This document shows, piece by piece, positions 28,550-38,417 of a stretch of DNA of 64,000 nucleotides. The notes below the pieces were generated by a model. It was not told the DNA's origin. It ran no database searches and saw only the letters and a program-made list of their open reading frames with translations. Origin of the DNA: Dehalococcoidia bacterium (GTDB lineage: Bacteria; Chloroflexota; Dehalococcoidia; UBA2979); contig OZ253555.1 in NCBI GenBank assembly GCA_965262725.1, positions 1,056,001 through 1,120,000 on the forward strand. Reading direction: 5' to 3'. The position numbers were made by a program, and so were the translations under genes. The stretch's first letter is position 1. Each line of letters opens with the position of its first letter.

Positions 28550-30399
28550 CGAGGCGAGGCCCCGGCGAGGGATCACTCAAGCGCAGGGTCAGGAATGGCC
28601 GCGTGGAGTGGGAGGCGCGGCTCCCGCTCGACGAGTGGCGCGTCGGTCAGGACGGCCGCCGCCGCCGCCGGTACTTCTACGCAGTGAGGAAGCGACAGGC
28701 CGATGCGCGCCGCGCGCTTGAGGAAGCGAGACGGGATCGTGAGCGGGGCGTGCGCGTCGGTGGCCGACCATCAACCGTGACGCAGTTCCTCGGCTTCTGG
28801 CTCGCGCACCGCACGGACCTGCGCCCGCGCACGCTGGAGAGCTACGAGAGCACCGTGCGCTTGCACCTGGAACCGGCCCTGGGGCACCTGTCCTTGCGTG
28901 AGCTCGACGTAACGCATGTTGACAGGATGGTCGCGACCCTCCAGCACAAGGGACTCTCCCATACATCTGTTCGATACGCCGTCAAGGTGTTGCGGAATGC
29001 TCTCGCCGAGGGTGAGCGGCTCGGCTGGGTCGCGAGGAATGTCGCTCGCCTATCCCGACCTCCCGTGCCGCAGGTTGCGGAGGTCCGTCCGTTCAGCGAG
29101 TCCGAGGCGCGGGCTCTCCTTGCCGCGGTGCATCGCGAGCGGATCGGAGCCTACGTCGTGCTCGTGCTCAGCGTCGGCCTGCGCGAGAGCGAGGCGCTCG
29201 GTCTGCGCTGGGAGGACATCGACCTCGCTCTCCGCGTGGTGACGGTTCGGCATCAACTCGCGTTCAGGGCTGGCGCATTCGAGCTGGCGGAGCCGAAGAG
29301 CCGTTCCGGTCGGCGTGCTGTCGCCTTGCCCGACTTCGCCACCGCAGCCCTGCGGCGCCACCGTGTCCGGCAGGCGGAGGAGCGGTTGCGGGCCGGGTCG
29401 CGTTGGTCCAACGAGCTCGACCTCGTCTTCACCACGGAGCTCGGGCGCCCGCTCCACCGGCGCAACGTGCTGCGCTGGTTCCAGGGCGTGCTGCGCCGTG
29501 AGGGACTGCCGGCCCGCGGCATCAAGGAGCTCCGGCATACTGCCGCCTCGCTTCTCCACGCGCAGGGGCTCTCGCCCCGTGAGCTCATGGAGGTGCTCGG
29601 GCACTCCGACGTGCGGATCACGCTCAACACCTACACGCACGTCTTCGACGAGAACCGCCGCAGGGCCGCGGAGCGGATGGACGTCGCCCTCGGCGCCGAA
29701 CGCGAAGGGGACCACGAAAGGGACCACGAAAGGGACCACACGCGGGCGGTCGGAGCCGAGGAAGTCGATCCTAGGTTGAAAAAGTGGTCGGGGAGACAGG
29801 ATTTGAACCTGCGACCTCCTGACCCCCAGTCAGGTGCGCTGCCAGGCTGCGCCACTCCCCGAGTCGCCGGTTCGGAGTCTAGCAGAGCTAGTATCCAGCG
29901 CCCTAGGATGTCTCGACGACTCGATGTCGGCGCTGTCTTGTGGCCATGGAGATCATTGTCGCGTCACGGCCGAACCGTGGCCGTGATGGGACCGGCATGT
30001 AGTCCGGCGACCCGGGGCGCTCAAGGCGGGAACGCCTATGTTCGAGGGCGTCAGGCGATGCCGCTGAGGCGAGCAGCGATGACGAGTGCAAGCCCTGCAG
30101 CCCCGATCGCCGCGTACTCGCCGGCCGCGCGCGCGGAGAGTTGCAGCGTCCGGTGCGCGTGCAACAACGCGCTTGCGGCGAAGAGCACGAACAGCAGGGC
30201 GAGGGCGGCGAGTTCCCCCTCGAGGGGCAAGAAGTGGAGGACCCAGCGCGCCTCCGCCGCGACGAGGCCGATGATCGCGGCGAAGGCCAGGTTCTCCAGC
30301 GGGTCTAGGTTACCCTCGCGCATCAGCTCCACACAGAGCAGCGCCCCTCCTACCCCCGCCGCCACCACGCCTGCCTCGAGCCCCACCTCGAGCAGGTAG
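28546..30399 (+). CDS. int: Tyrosine integrase; the ORF reads through the tRNA att site (conserved part ends ~29700)
   Basis: RRGPGEGS N-terminus, GLRESEALGLRW, PKS, ELRHTAAS, LGHSD, YTHV; no stop until 30397-30399. Confidence 0.9.
   Translation: MTRRGPGEGSLKRRVRNGRVEWEARLPLDEWRVGQDGRRRRRYFYAVRKRQADARRALEEARRDRERGVRVGGRPSTVTQFLGFWLAHRTDLRPRTLESYESTVRLHLEPALGHLSLRELDVTHVDRMVATLQHKGLSHTSVRYAVKVLRNALAEGERLGWVARNVARLSRPPVPQVAEVRPFSESEARALLAAVHRERIGAYVVLVLSVGLRESEALGLRWEDIDLALRVVTVRHQLAFRAGAFELAEPKSRSGRRAVALPDFATAALRRHRVRQAEERLRAGSRWSNELDLVFTTELGRPLHRRNVLRWFQGVLRREGLPARGIKELRHTAASLLHAQGLSPRELMEVLGHSDVRITLNTYTHVFDENRRRAAERMDVALGAEREGDHERDHERDHTRAVGAEEVDPRLKKWSGRQDLNLRPPDPQSGALPGCATPRVAGSESSRASIQRPRMSRRLDVGAVLWPWRSLSRHGRTVAVMGPACSPATRGAQGGNAYVRGRQAMPLRRAAMTSASPAAPIAAYSPAARAESCSVRCACNNALAAKSTNSRARAASSPSRGKKWRTQRASAATRPMIAAKARFSSGSRLPSRISSTQSSAPPTPAATTPASSPTSSR
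29703..29739 (+). repeat. 3 x 12-bp tandem repeat CGAA(A/G)GGGACCA, probable integrase arm-type sites
   Basis: Lies 45 bp from the tRNA CCA end, inside the int frame (GDHERDHERDH). Confidence 0.75.
29785..29861 (-). tRNA. tRNA-Pro(GGG)
   Basis: CGGGGAGTGGCGCAGCCTGGCAGCGCACCTGACTGGGGGTCAGGAGGTCGCAGGTTCAAATCCTGTCTCCCCGACCA: cloverleaf, GGG anticodon, encoded CCA. Confidence 0.97.
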
Positions 30400-31121
30400 C
30401 CCAGGTCGAACAGGGCGAAGGCGACGGCGTAGGTGCCCATGGTCGCGACGACGCGCGACGGGTGGTACGCCGCCAGATCCGGACGTGCCGAGCCGACTTC
30501 GGCGGCGAGGATGGCGGCCAGACCGGCGATCAGAGCGAGGCCGGCGGGCACGATCCAGAGCCCTCCGACCGCCTCCTCCGCGAAGACCGGCATCACAAGC
30601 ATGTACAGCGTCGGCAGGAAGAAGTAGGGCGCGATGTCGGCGCCCGATGCGAACGGCTCGCGGACGCTTCCCTCGAAGACGCCCCGGAAGGCGAGGGCCC
30701 CGACGGCGGCGCCGAAGAGCACCATCCAGCGCGGCGTTGGCTCGATCAGCAGGAACGAGAAGACGACGAGCGCCTGAAGTGCGACGAGCGTGACGAGCGG
30801 CGCGGTGATCGGCAGCTCCCCCAGATGGCGGTGGGCAGTCACCGCCTCGCTGGCGAGGTGAATCCAGCGGGGACGCGGCGCCCTGTTGGCATTCGGAGCT
30901 GACGGGCTGGTGGTGTCGGGCGGCGGAGGGGTGTGCCCGGCGCCCTGCTGCGCCCCTATCGCGCCCGCCGCCCGCTCCGGCCCGGCGGTGCCCCCTGCCA
31001 CCGCCTCCGCCGGCGTGGCGTCGTCGGTCGGAGCCTGACGATCTGCTCTCTCCCCGGGCGACGGCGATGACGACGGTGCGGAGGTGGTCCCGGCCGTCTT
31101 GTCATCGCGCTCTGGCGCCAT
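30051..31121 (-). CDS. Multi-pass membrane protein, hypothetical
   Basis: Low-complexity N-terminus followed by about 9 hydrophobic segments. Confidence 0.75.
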   Translation of the reverse strand: MAPERDDKTAGTTSAPSSSPSPGERADRQAPTDDATPAEAVAGGTAGPERAAGAIGAQQGAGHTPPPPDTTSPSAPNANRAPRPRWIHLASEAVTAHRHLGELPITAPLVTLVALQALVVFSFLLIEPTPRWMVLFGAAVGALAFRGVFEGSVREPFASGADIAPYFFLPTLYMLVMPVFAEEAVGGLWIVPAGLALIAGLAAILAAEVGSARPDLAAYHPSRVVATMGTYAVAFALFDLGYLLEVGLEAGVVAAGVGGALLCVELMREGNLDPLENLAFAAIIGLVAAEARWVLHFLPLEGELAALALLFVLFAASALLHAHRTLQLSARAAGEYAAIGAAGLALVIAARLSGIA

Positions 31122-31142
31122 CGTTCCCCGCGGCCCGGCGGG

Positions 31143-32021
31143 CTACCCGCCCGCGAGCTGCGGCTCCTCCTCACCGAAGAGCTCCGCCGCGTTGTCGTAG
31201 CGGATGCGCGCCGCTTCGTCCGCCGTGAGCCCCACCTCCGAGAGCATGCGTTCGAGGCTCTCGACGTGCGCGGCGATCTCGTCGTCGCGACAGTCAGAGC
31301 CCCACACCAGCTTCTCGATCCCGATCTCGTGGCCGATGAGTCGACGCTCCACCGCGTGGCGCTCGATCGTCTCGCCACCGGAGAGGTCAAAGAGCACCTG
31401 GTGCCGCCAGCGGGCGACCGACGCCGCCTCGTCGTAGTTGCCGGTGCCGCCCATGTGCGCCCCGATGATGGGCAGTTCGGGGAAGTTGTTCGCAATGCCG
31501 TCGAGGTGGAACGGCCGCATGCGCGTCGCCGCGATGTCGCGTGGTTGCATGCGCCCGCGCTCGCGCACTCGCCGAAGCGTCTCCGCGGCGACCGGATCGC
31601 GACGGGGGTGCGTGCGGGAGTAGTCGACGCCGCCGCCGATGACGCCGAGGTGGAAGAGGATCGGCATCCGCAGCTCCTCGGCAATGCCGTAGGCGCCGAA
31701 GTAGCGGTGGCTGTCATACGGGTGGCGCGTCCCTATGATCTTCAGCCCGCGGTAGCCGAGCCCGTGCAGCCTCCGGATCTCGCGCGGAGCGATGTCGTCG
31801 ACGTCGATCATCGCGACGGGAACGAAGAGGTCCTCGTATCGCCTCGCCATCGCGAGGGCCTCCTCGTAGCCCGGCCCGAAACGCCCGCCGGAGAGCAGGG
31901 AGGCGCGCGTCACGCCGGCAGAGAGCAGGGCGTCTGCCCGCGCATCGATGAGGCGGATCAGGTCGCCGCCGTCGGGCTGCTCCCAGTCGCGCGGAAAGTG
32001 GCAGTGAACATCCCAGAGCAC
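31143..32021 (-). CDS. Amidohydrolase_2 family protein
   Basis: DVHCH, RGLK, FHLG, GAHMG, WGSD. Confidence 0.88.
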   Translation of the reverse strand: MLWDVHCHFPRDWEQPDGGDLIRLIDARADALLSAGVTRASLLSGGRFGPGYEEALAMARRYEDLFVPVAMIDVDDIAPREIRRLHGLGYRGLKIIGTRHPYDSHRYFGAYGIAEELRMPILFHLGVIGGGVDYSRTHPRRDPVAAETLRRVRERGRMQPRDIAATRMRPFHLDGIANNFPELPIIGAHMGGTGNYDEAASVARWRHQVLFDLSGGETIERHAVERRLIGHEIGIEKLVWGSDCRDDEIAAHVESLERMLSEVGLTADEAARIRYDNAAELFGEEEPQLAGG

Positions 32022-32174
32022 ACGTCATGATATCGCGCACGGGCGCCTACGCTGTATTGGCGGTTGCGTGATCTCCGACGGGAGTGCCGGGGAGCCGTGC
32101 GTCGTCGTCGGGCCCACCGTCGCGCCGCGATGCGGACGGTGCCGAGCCGGGGCGGCCGACGAAGGGCTCGCCCG

Positions 32175-32663
32175 CTACAGAGGCAGGTAGAGGGAACGGC
32201 GGCGCTCGTCGAGCCCGCACGCCCGCCAGAACGCAAGTGCACCGGGGTTGCCGCTCAGCACGTCCGCCTCGAGCCGCGCCGCACCGAGCGCCCGACATCG
32301 TCTCGAAAGCGCGCCGACGGCGGCACGTCCGATGCCCGTGCGTCGGAAGCGGGGAAGGACATAAAATTCGCTCACCTCGGCGACCAGCGCGGCGCCTGGC
32401 CAGTCGGTGTCGAGGCGCGTGAGTGCGAATCCGGCGCGTTCGCCCCCGGCCACGATCCAGAGGAACTCGCGGCCCTCGCTGTCGTCGAGCAGCGCGCGGT
32501 GGTACTCGGGGACGCCGTACGAGAGCGGCGAGAGCGGATCCGCCGCGTCGAGTTCCCTCCAGTAGTCGGCGAATATCGAGAAAAGCGCGTCCAGCTCGCC
32601 CTCGGCGACGGGCTCGAGCGCGACGGTCGGCACCGCGCCAGGTCTCCACACGCGCTCGCCCAT
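32175..32663 (-). CDS. GNAT acetyltransferase
   Basis: EFYVLPRFRRTGIGR; NPGALAFWRACG. Confidence 0.85.
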   Translation of the reverse strand: MGERVWRPGAVPTVALEPVAEGELDALFSIFADYWRELDAADPLSPLSYGVPEYHRALLDDSEGREFLWIVAGGERAGFALTRLDTDWPGAALVAEVSEFYVLPRFRRTGIGRAAVGALSRRCRALGAARLEADVLSGNPGALAFWRACGLDERRRSLYLPL

Positions 32664-32675
32664 CGGGCTCCTAGC

Positions 32676-33404
32676 TCATTCGCCCGCGCGCTCGCCGTCG
32701 AGCGATGGCAGATCCCAGAGGCTCGCGATCGCGTCGTCGCGGCCCGACGAGACGCTGCGGTCGATGAGCAGCGCCGCCATGCCGGCCCGTCGCGGCCCCT
32801 CCACATCGTGGTCCCAGGAATCGCCGACGAAGAGTGCCTCGCTGGCCGCGACGCCGGCGGCGCGGAGCGCCGCCCCGTAGATGGCGGGATGCGGCTTCCG
32901 GTAGCCGACTCGTGCGCTCGTCAGCACCGACTCGATGACCCCGTCCAGCCCGAGGGAGGTCGCGACCTCCGGCAACTCCCACAGGTGGTTCGAGACGATG
33001 AAGCAGCGAACGCCGCTCGCGGTGAGCGCGGTCAGGGCGGGAAGGGTGTCGTCGAAGAGGAGGAAGTGGCGTGGGTCGCTCTCGAGCTCGGCAATGCGGT
33101 GCGCGATCGACTCGACGACCGGGTCCCTCACTCCGGCGGCGGTCAGGCGCCGGCGCGTGAGCCGCACCCGCAGCTCGCGATAGGTCGCGGCGTCGGCGGA
33201 CGACGCGGAGTGGTCGACGCCGATCGGCGTGCGCCACTCCTCCCATGCGTCTTCGATCCACGGCAGCCGCGCCAGCCCGTCGAAGGCCCTTCGATCGAGC
33301 GTCACTCCGTACTCGGAGGCGGCCTGCTCGTAGAGGGCGACGTGCCGCGGCTCGTAGCACCCGAGCGTGTCGTGGAAGTCGAAGAAGACGACGCGTGGCA
33401 GCAC
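32676..33404 (-). CDS. HAD-superfamily hydrolase
   Basis: FFDFHDTL, VSN, KPHP, VGDSWDHDV. Confidence 0.88.
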   Translation of the reverse strand: MLPRVVFFDFHDTLGCYEPRHVALYEQAASEYGVTLDRRAFDGLARLPWIEDAWEEWRTPIGVDHSASSADAATYRELRVRLTRRRLTAAGVRDPVVESIAHRIAELESDPRHFLLFDDTLPALTALTASGVRCFIVSNHLWELPEVATSLGLDGVIESVLTSARVGYRKPHPAIYGAALRAAGVAASEALFVGDSWDHDVEGPRRAGMAALLIDRSVSSGRDDAIASLWDLPSLDGERAGE

Positions 33405-33503
33405 GTCCCCACGGTAGCGCCGAACACACGTAGCAGCAGGCTCATCCGAGCCGCGGCGCACTCATTCGGGCCAGCCGCGTCCGACCTGCCGGGCCCGGGT
33501 GCC

Positions 33504-36500
33504 TCACCGCCCCCCGCGGCGGCCGTTGAGGCGGCCGTGTCCAGAGGCGGCGGGCGTGGGAGTCGCGCCGGAACTACGTGGGCGCTGACTAGACGCCGAC
33601 GCTGGCGCACCCTCCGGCGGGAGCGGGAGGTCACCCGATGCGGCGGAGGAGTGCTCGGCGCCCATTGAGCGCGTCCCCTCGCTGGAGCGGGACCGTCCGG
33701 GCTCCCCGGCGAGGAGGCGAAGCAGCCCCTCGAGCGCGTCGAGCCACCCCTCACCGAGCGCGGCGCGATCGACGCGGAGGCGGGTGGGTCCGCGCCGCGC
33801 GCCCGGCGGGAGCGCGGCTAGACGCCGCTGGGCGAACGGGCGCTCCTCGCTGGCGGTGAGGATGATCTGCGCGCCCTGCTCGCGGATGGAGATGATCTCG
33901 GCGGCGCGGGCGAGCAGCCGCAGTCTGACGAGCGCGTGCAGCCGCTCGAGCGGCGGCGGCGGCGGTCCGAAGCGGTCGCGCATCTCATCCTCCAGCTCCT
34001 TGGCGGCCTCGAGCGTGGTGAGTCCCGCGATCTGCTGGTAGAGGGCGATCCGTCCCTCGATCTCGGCGACGTGGCTTTGCGGGATGAACGCCGCGACCGG
34101 CAGATCTAGGACGACGTCGCTCTCCCGGGCGGCCCCGACCGGTGCCGGCTGGGACGAGCCCGCGCGCTCCGTACCGCCGCCCCCGCCGTGCGCGGCCTTC
34201 ATCGAGTCGACGGCCTCGGCCAGCATCTGCGTATACAGATCGAAGCCCACGGCCGCGATCTGCCCGCTCTGCTCCGCGCCGAGCAGGTTGCCGGCGCCGC
34301 GGATCTCGAGGTCGCGCAGCGCCACCTGGAATCCCGAGCCGAGTTCGCTAGCCTCGAAGATCGTCGCGAGCCGCTGCTGGGCGGTTTCGGTCAGGGCTCG
34401 GTTCCGGTGGTAGAGGAGGTATGCGTACGCGTGGTGGGCTCCGCGGCCCACGCGCCCGCGGAGCTGGTAGAGCTGGGCGAGACCGAGGGCGTCGGCTCCG
34501 TCCACGATCAGCGTGTTCACGCGCGGGTTGTCGAGGCCGGATTCGATGATCGTCGTGCAGATCAGCACGTCGAACGACCCCTCCGCGAAGCGTTCCATGA
34601 CGCTCTCGAGAGCACGCTCCGGCATCTGCCCGTGCGCCACGGCGACGCGCGCCTCGGGGACGAGCTCGCGAAACCGTTCGGCGAAGGAGGCGATCGTGCG
34701 TACCCGGTTGTGCACGAGGTACGTCTGCCCGCCCCGCTCGATCTCGTGGAGGACGGCGTCTCGGGCGAGCTGCGGGTCCCACTCCGAGACGTAGGTCTGG
34801 ACCGCCTGCCGACCCTCGGGCGCGCTTTCCATCATCGAGAGATCGCGGACACCGGCGAGCGCCATGTGAAGCGTACGCGGGATGGGCGTCGCCGAAAGCG
34901 TGAGCACATCCACCTCTAGGCGCATCCGCTTGAGTAGCTCCTTGTGGTGCACGCCGAAACGCTGCTCCTCGTCGATGACCACGAGGCCGAGGTTCGCGAA
35001 CTCGACATCGGGCGAGAGCAGGCGATGCGTGCCGATCAGCACATCGACCCCGCCCGCACGCAGCGACGCCAGGATCTTCGCTACTTCGGCGTCGGTGCGG
35101 AAGCGGGAGAGCGCCTCGACGTGGACGGGGAAGGCGCCCAGCCGCTCGCGGAACGTCCGTAGGTGCTGCTGGGCGAGCACAGTGGTGGGCACGAGCACCG
35201 CCACCTGGTGCCCGTCGCGAACCGCCTTGAAGGCGGCGCGCACAGCGACCTCCGTCTTCCCGAAACCGACATCGCCGCAGATCACGCGATCCATCGGCCG
35301 CGGTCGCTCCATGTCGGCCTTCACCGCCTCGATCGCCGACTGCTGGTCGGGCGTCTCTTCGTACGGGAAGGCCGCTTCGAGTTCGCGTTGCCACTCGTCG
35401 TCCGGGGGGAACGCGCGTCCGTGAAGCAACTGGCGTGCCGCGTAGAGCTGGACTAGGTCGGCCGCCACGCGGATGACGGCGGTGCGGGCCCTGGCGCGTG
35501 CGCGGTTCCACTCCGCCGTGCCGAGCCGTGTCAGGTGCGGTGGTTGATCGGACGGACCGACATAGCGCGCGACGCGGTCGAGGTGCTCGATGGGAACGTA
35601 AATCCGGTCGGCGCCCGCGTAGCGCAGCTCGACGTAGTCTCGCGGCTCTCCCGAGACCTCACGACGGACGAGCCCGCCGAAACGGGCGATGCCGTGGTCG
35701 GCGTGCACGACGAAGTCGCCCGGTGAGACCTCGGTGAGGAAGCGCGAGCGGTGCGTCGGTCGTCTCGCGAGCCGACGGCGTTGCTTCGTCACGCCGAAAA
35801 GCTCGCGGTCCGTGACGAGCGAGACGACACCGCTCGCGTCGCGTAGCTCCCAGCCTGCCGGCAGCGCGCCTTGGAGCAGGGCGAGCGAGCCGCGCGCCGG
35901 CACCGCGTCGAGCCCGCTCTCCACGGCGGCGTCGATGTCGGCCGCCTCGAGCAGTTCGCGGTAGCGCTGCGCCTGTTGCGTCACGACGATCACCCGGTCG
36001 CCGCGCCGCAGCTGGCGGGCGGCATCGGCCGCGTGGTGGTCGAGGCGGCCCGCGTAGGCGTCCGCCGGCTGGAACGGCAGGCGAATCTCATCCGCTTCGC
36101 GGCCGGTCGCCCATCGAGCGAGCAGCGCACGGACAGCCCGCCCCTCGATCGCGGCCGTCAGGTCGGCCAGCGGCGCGTGCGGCAACGGAGCGTTCTCCGG
36201 CAACTGACGACGAGCGGCGAGCTCCCCGGCGCGCTCGCGGGCGAGTTCGTCCAGATCGGCCGACGCCGCCTCGACGGCCTCGCGCTCGTCGATGATAAGG
36301 AGGGCGTCCGGCGGAAGGTGATCGAAGAGCGTCGGCCGGTCCAGAAGGGGGCCGTAGAGCGAGGCCACGGGGAGGGCGCCGCCTCGAAGGGCCGCAAGTT
36401 CGGCCGCGAGCTCTCCTCCCCCCTCACGGTCCGCACCGCCGTCGGCGAGCCGGGCGGCAAGCGCGACGAGTTCCTCGCGGGAGGCGAGCCACTCGGTTGC

Positions 36501-37229
36501 GGGGCCGATGTCGACGCTCGCCAGACGCGTGGCCGTCCGTTGCGTGCCCGGCTCGAAGGCGCGGATCGACTCGATTGTGTCCCCGAACCACTCGATGCGG
36601 ACGGGGGTGTCGCGGTCTGGTGGGAAGACATCGAGCAGGCCGCCGCGGCGCGCTGCCTCGCCTGGCACCTCGACGAGCGGCCCCACCGCGTAGCCGGCCT
36701 CTACCAGTCGCCTCGCAACCGCTTCGAGCGGCATCCGCTCGCCGATCGTGACCGTGCCCGGGCCGCGGGAGAGATCCGCGGGGGCCAGCGTGCGCTCGAC
36801 GGCGGCCGCGACCGACGCGACGAGCAGGGGCGGCCCCGTCGCGGAGGCGCTCGCGAGGTGCCCCAGCGTGGCAATGCGGCGGGCGGTCGCCGCCGGCGAC
36901 GGCCCACGCTGGTAGGGAAGGTCACCCCTCGCGGGCAGGTGGATCGCGGCATCCCCCACCCACGCGGCGAGCTGCTCCGCGACGCTCTCGGCGTCGCTCT
37001 CGCGCGGGAGCAACAGCAGAGTCGGTCGGTCCAGCGCCCTCCAGAGCAGGGCCGCCGTCACCGGCTTCGCAGGGTCAGCGGCACCGAGAACGACCGGACG
37101 TCCGGCTCTCAGACGCCCGGCCGCCCGGGCGAGAGGCTCCGTGTTGATGAGCACCTCGAGCAGCGGTCGCAGATCCACGCGCGCACCACCCTCGTCTCGC
37201 GCGGTCACACGAACCGGGGACGCTGGCAA
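33504..37229 (-). CDS. mfd: Transcription-repair coupling factor
   Basis: CarD-like VVHADHGI, GDVGFGKTE, DEEQRFG, QLRGRVGR, TRCF C-terminus; exact start uncertain. Confidence 0.96.
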   Translation of the reverse strand: MPASPVRVTARDEGGARVDLRPLLEVLINTEPLARAAGRLRAGRPVVLGAADPAKPVTAALLWRALDRPTLLLLPRESDAESVAEQLAAWVGDAAIHLPARGDLPYQRGPSPAATARRIATLGHLASASATGPPLLVASVAAAVERTLAPADLSRGPGTVTIGERMPLEAVARRLVEAGYAVGPLVEVPGEAARRGGLLDVFPPDRDTPVRIEWFGDTIESIRAFEPGTQRTATRLASVDIGPATEWLASREELVALAARLADGGADREGGGELAAELAALRGGALPVASLYGPLLDRPTLFDHLPPDALLIIDEREAVEAASADLDELARERAGELAARRQLPENAPLPHAPLADLTAAIEGRAVRALLARWATGREADEIRLPFQPADAYAGRLDHHAADAARQLRRGDRVIVVTQQAQRYRELLEAADIDAAVESGLDAVPARGSLALLQGALPAGWELRDASGVVSLVTDRELFGVTKQRRRLARRPTHRSRFLTEVSPGDFVVHADHGIARFGGLVRREVSGEPRDYVELRYAGADRIYVPIEHLDRVARYVGPSDQPPHLTRLGTAEWNRARARARTAVIRVAADLVQLYAARQLLHGRAFPPDDEWQRELEAAFPYEETPDQQSAIEAVKADMERPRPMDRVICGDVGFGKTEVAVRAAFKAVRDGHQVAVLVPTTVLAQQHLRTFRERLGAFPVHVEALSRFRTDAEVAKILASLRAGGVDVLIGTHRLLSPDVEFANLGLVVIDEEQRFGVHHKELLKRMRLEVDVLTLSATPIPRTLHMALAGVRDLSMMESAPEGRQAVQTYVSEWDPQLARDAVLHEIERGGQTYLVHNRVRTIASFAERFRELVPEARVAVAHGQMPERALESVMERFAEGSFDVLICTTIIESGLDNPRVNTLIVDGADALGLAQLYQLRGRVGRGAHHAYAYLLYHRNRALTETAQQRLATIFEASELGSGFQVALRDLEIRGAGNLLGAEQSGQIAAVGFDLYTQMLAEAVDSMKAAHGGGGGTERAGSSQPAPVGAARESDVVLDLPVAAFIPQSHVAEIEGRIALYQQIAGLTTLEAAKELEDEMRDRFGPPPPPLERLHALVRLRLLARAAEIISIREQGAQIILTASEERPFAQRRLAALPPGARRGPTRLRVDRAALGEGWLDALEGLLRLLAGEPGRSRSSEGTRSMGAEHSSAASGDLPLPPEGAPASASSQRPRSSGATPTPAASGHGRLNGRRGGR

Positions 37230-37310
37230 CGCGTCCCCCCGCAGCGAGCGCCGCCGCCCGATGCACTCAGTGTAGCCCCGAGACCACGGCGCGGCGCCGC
37301 GCGCACCGGC

Positions 37311-38081
37311 CTATTCGAGCGGCGAGGGATTCTCGTCGGCTCCGGGCGATGCCGTCCCACCGACCTGGTTGAAGCGCCGCATCGCCGCCTCCACACCGTG
37401 AAGCGCGGCGAACTCGATCGCGTCGGCGGCGCGCTCGGCGGCGGCGTCGAGCACGATGCGCTCGGCCTGATGTGGACGCGACAACACCCAGTCGGCGACA
37501 CGATCGGGGTCGCGGATGGGAACGCCGTCGTCGTAGGGGCGGTCGATGCCGACGCGCACACGCGGCACGTCCGTTCCGCCGAGTGCATCGAGCACCGACT
37601 TCACACCGCGATTCCCGCCGTATCCGCCGCCGGGGCGCACGCGGACGCGACCCGTCGGCAGGTCGAGATCGTCGTAGACGAGGAGCAGTTGCGTCCGGTC
37701 AAGCGCCCAGCGCCGTCTCTCGGCGGCGATGGGCGGTCCACTCTCGTTCATGTACGCCCTCGGGCGAACCAGATGAATCTCTCTCTCGCTCAGGCGGATC
37801 GTGGCGCGGTCGACACGGCCGTGGCGCGTGAGCGCGGCCCCGTGCCGCCGCGCGAGCAGCGCGACGCAGCGGGCCCCCACGTTGTGCCGTGTCTCGCCAT
37901 ACTGCGCGCCCGGATTCCCGAGGCCGACGACGAGCGCCGGGAACCGCTCTCCGACCGCCCGTCCGGAATCCTCGGCGAGGCCGCCCGGAGCATCAGCAGC
38001 GGATGCGCCGGGCGGCGAGGCTGCGGCTGACGCCCGCCCGGAGTTGCGATGGCGAAAGAACGCGGCGAATCGTCGGGGCAT
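37311..38081 (-). CDS. pth: Peptidyl-tRNA hydrolase (start uncertain)
   Basis: VVGLGNPG..Y..TRHNVG, YMNESG, YDDLDLP, RVRVGI. Confidence 0.92.
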   Translation of the reverse strand: MPRRFAAFFRHRNSGRASAAASPPGASAADAPGGLAEDSGRAVGERFPALVVGLGNPGAQYGETRHNVGARCVALLARRHGAALTRHGRVDRATIRLSEREIHLVRPRAYMNESGPPIAAERRRWALDRTQLLLVYDDLDLPTGRVRVRPGGGYGGNRGVKSVLDALGGTDVPRVRVGIDRPYDDGVPIRDPDRVADWVLSRPHQAERIVLDAAAERAADAIEFAALHGVEAAMRRFNQVGGTASPGADENPSPLE

Positions 38082-38417
38082 GCCTCGATCGTCAGCGGGT
38101 CGCCTCTCCCGCGCAACCGCCCGCCGGTCGGCTGCGATGGGCCGGCGTCCCCCGGTCGACGAGTCGGAGCACCGCCAACGCGGGCGACGACTCCGCTCGG
38201 CGAGTGGCGTCGAGCGCCGGCGGGGGATTGGCACTCGGCGGCGGCCGGATGGGCTCATCGCGATCGCCGCGGTGCGGGCTGATGGCCATCCGCGGGTGCC
38301 GGGGCCTGAGGTTCGCACGTGGACCGGCATCTGTTGCCGGTGGCGGATGGACGCTCCTATGCTGCGGCCACGCCGCGCCATGCGGCACCGCGGTTCGAGT
38401 TCGAGGGGACGGGTCGG

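Larger units (their letters stand above)
1..29784. mobile_element. Mosaic genomic island / degenerate ICE integrated at tRNA-Pro (left boundary outside window)
   Basis: Xis and tyrosine integrase abut the 3' end of tRNA-Pro. The interior holds conjugation, defence and IS genes and many pseudogenes; housekeeping genes start right of the tRNA. No duplicated tRNA 3' fragment was seen in the window. Confidence 0.85.

Noticed and set aside
32064-38030. Long ORFs antisense to real genes (e.g. 32064-33668, 35871-38030; also 10484-12220, 53007-54788)
   Set aside because: Shadow frames expected in high-GC DNA; Arg/Ala/Pro-rich with no family motifs.
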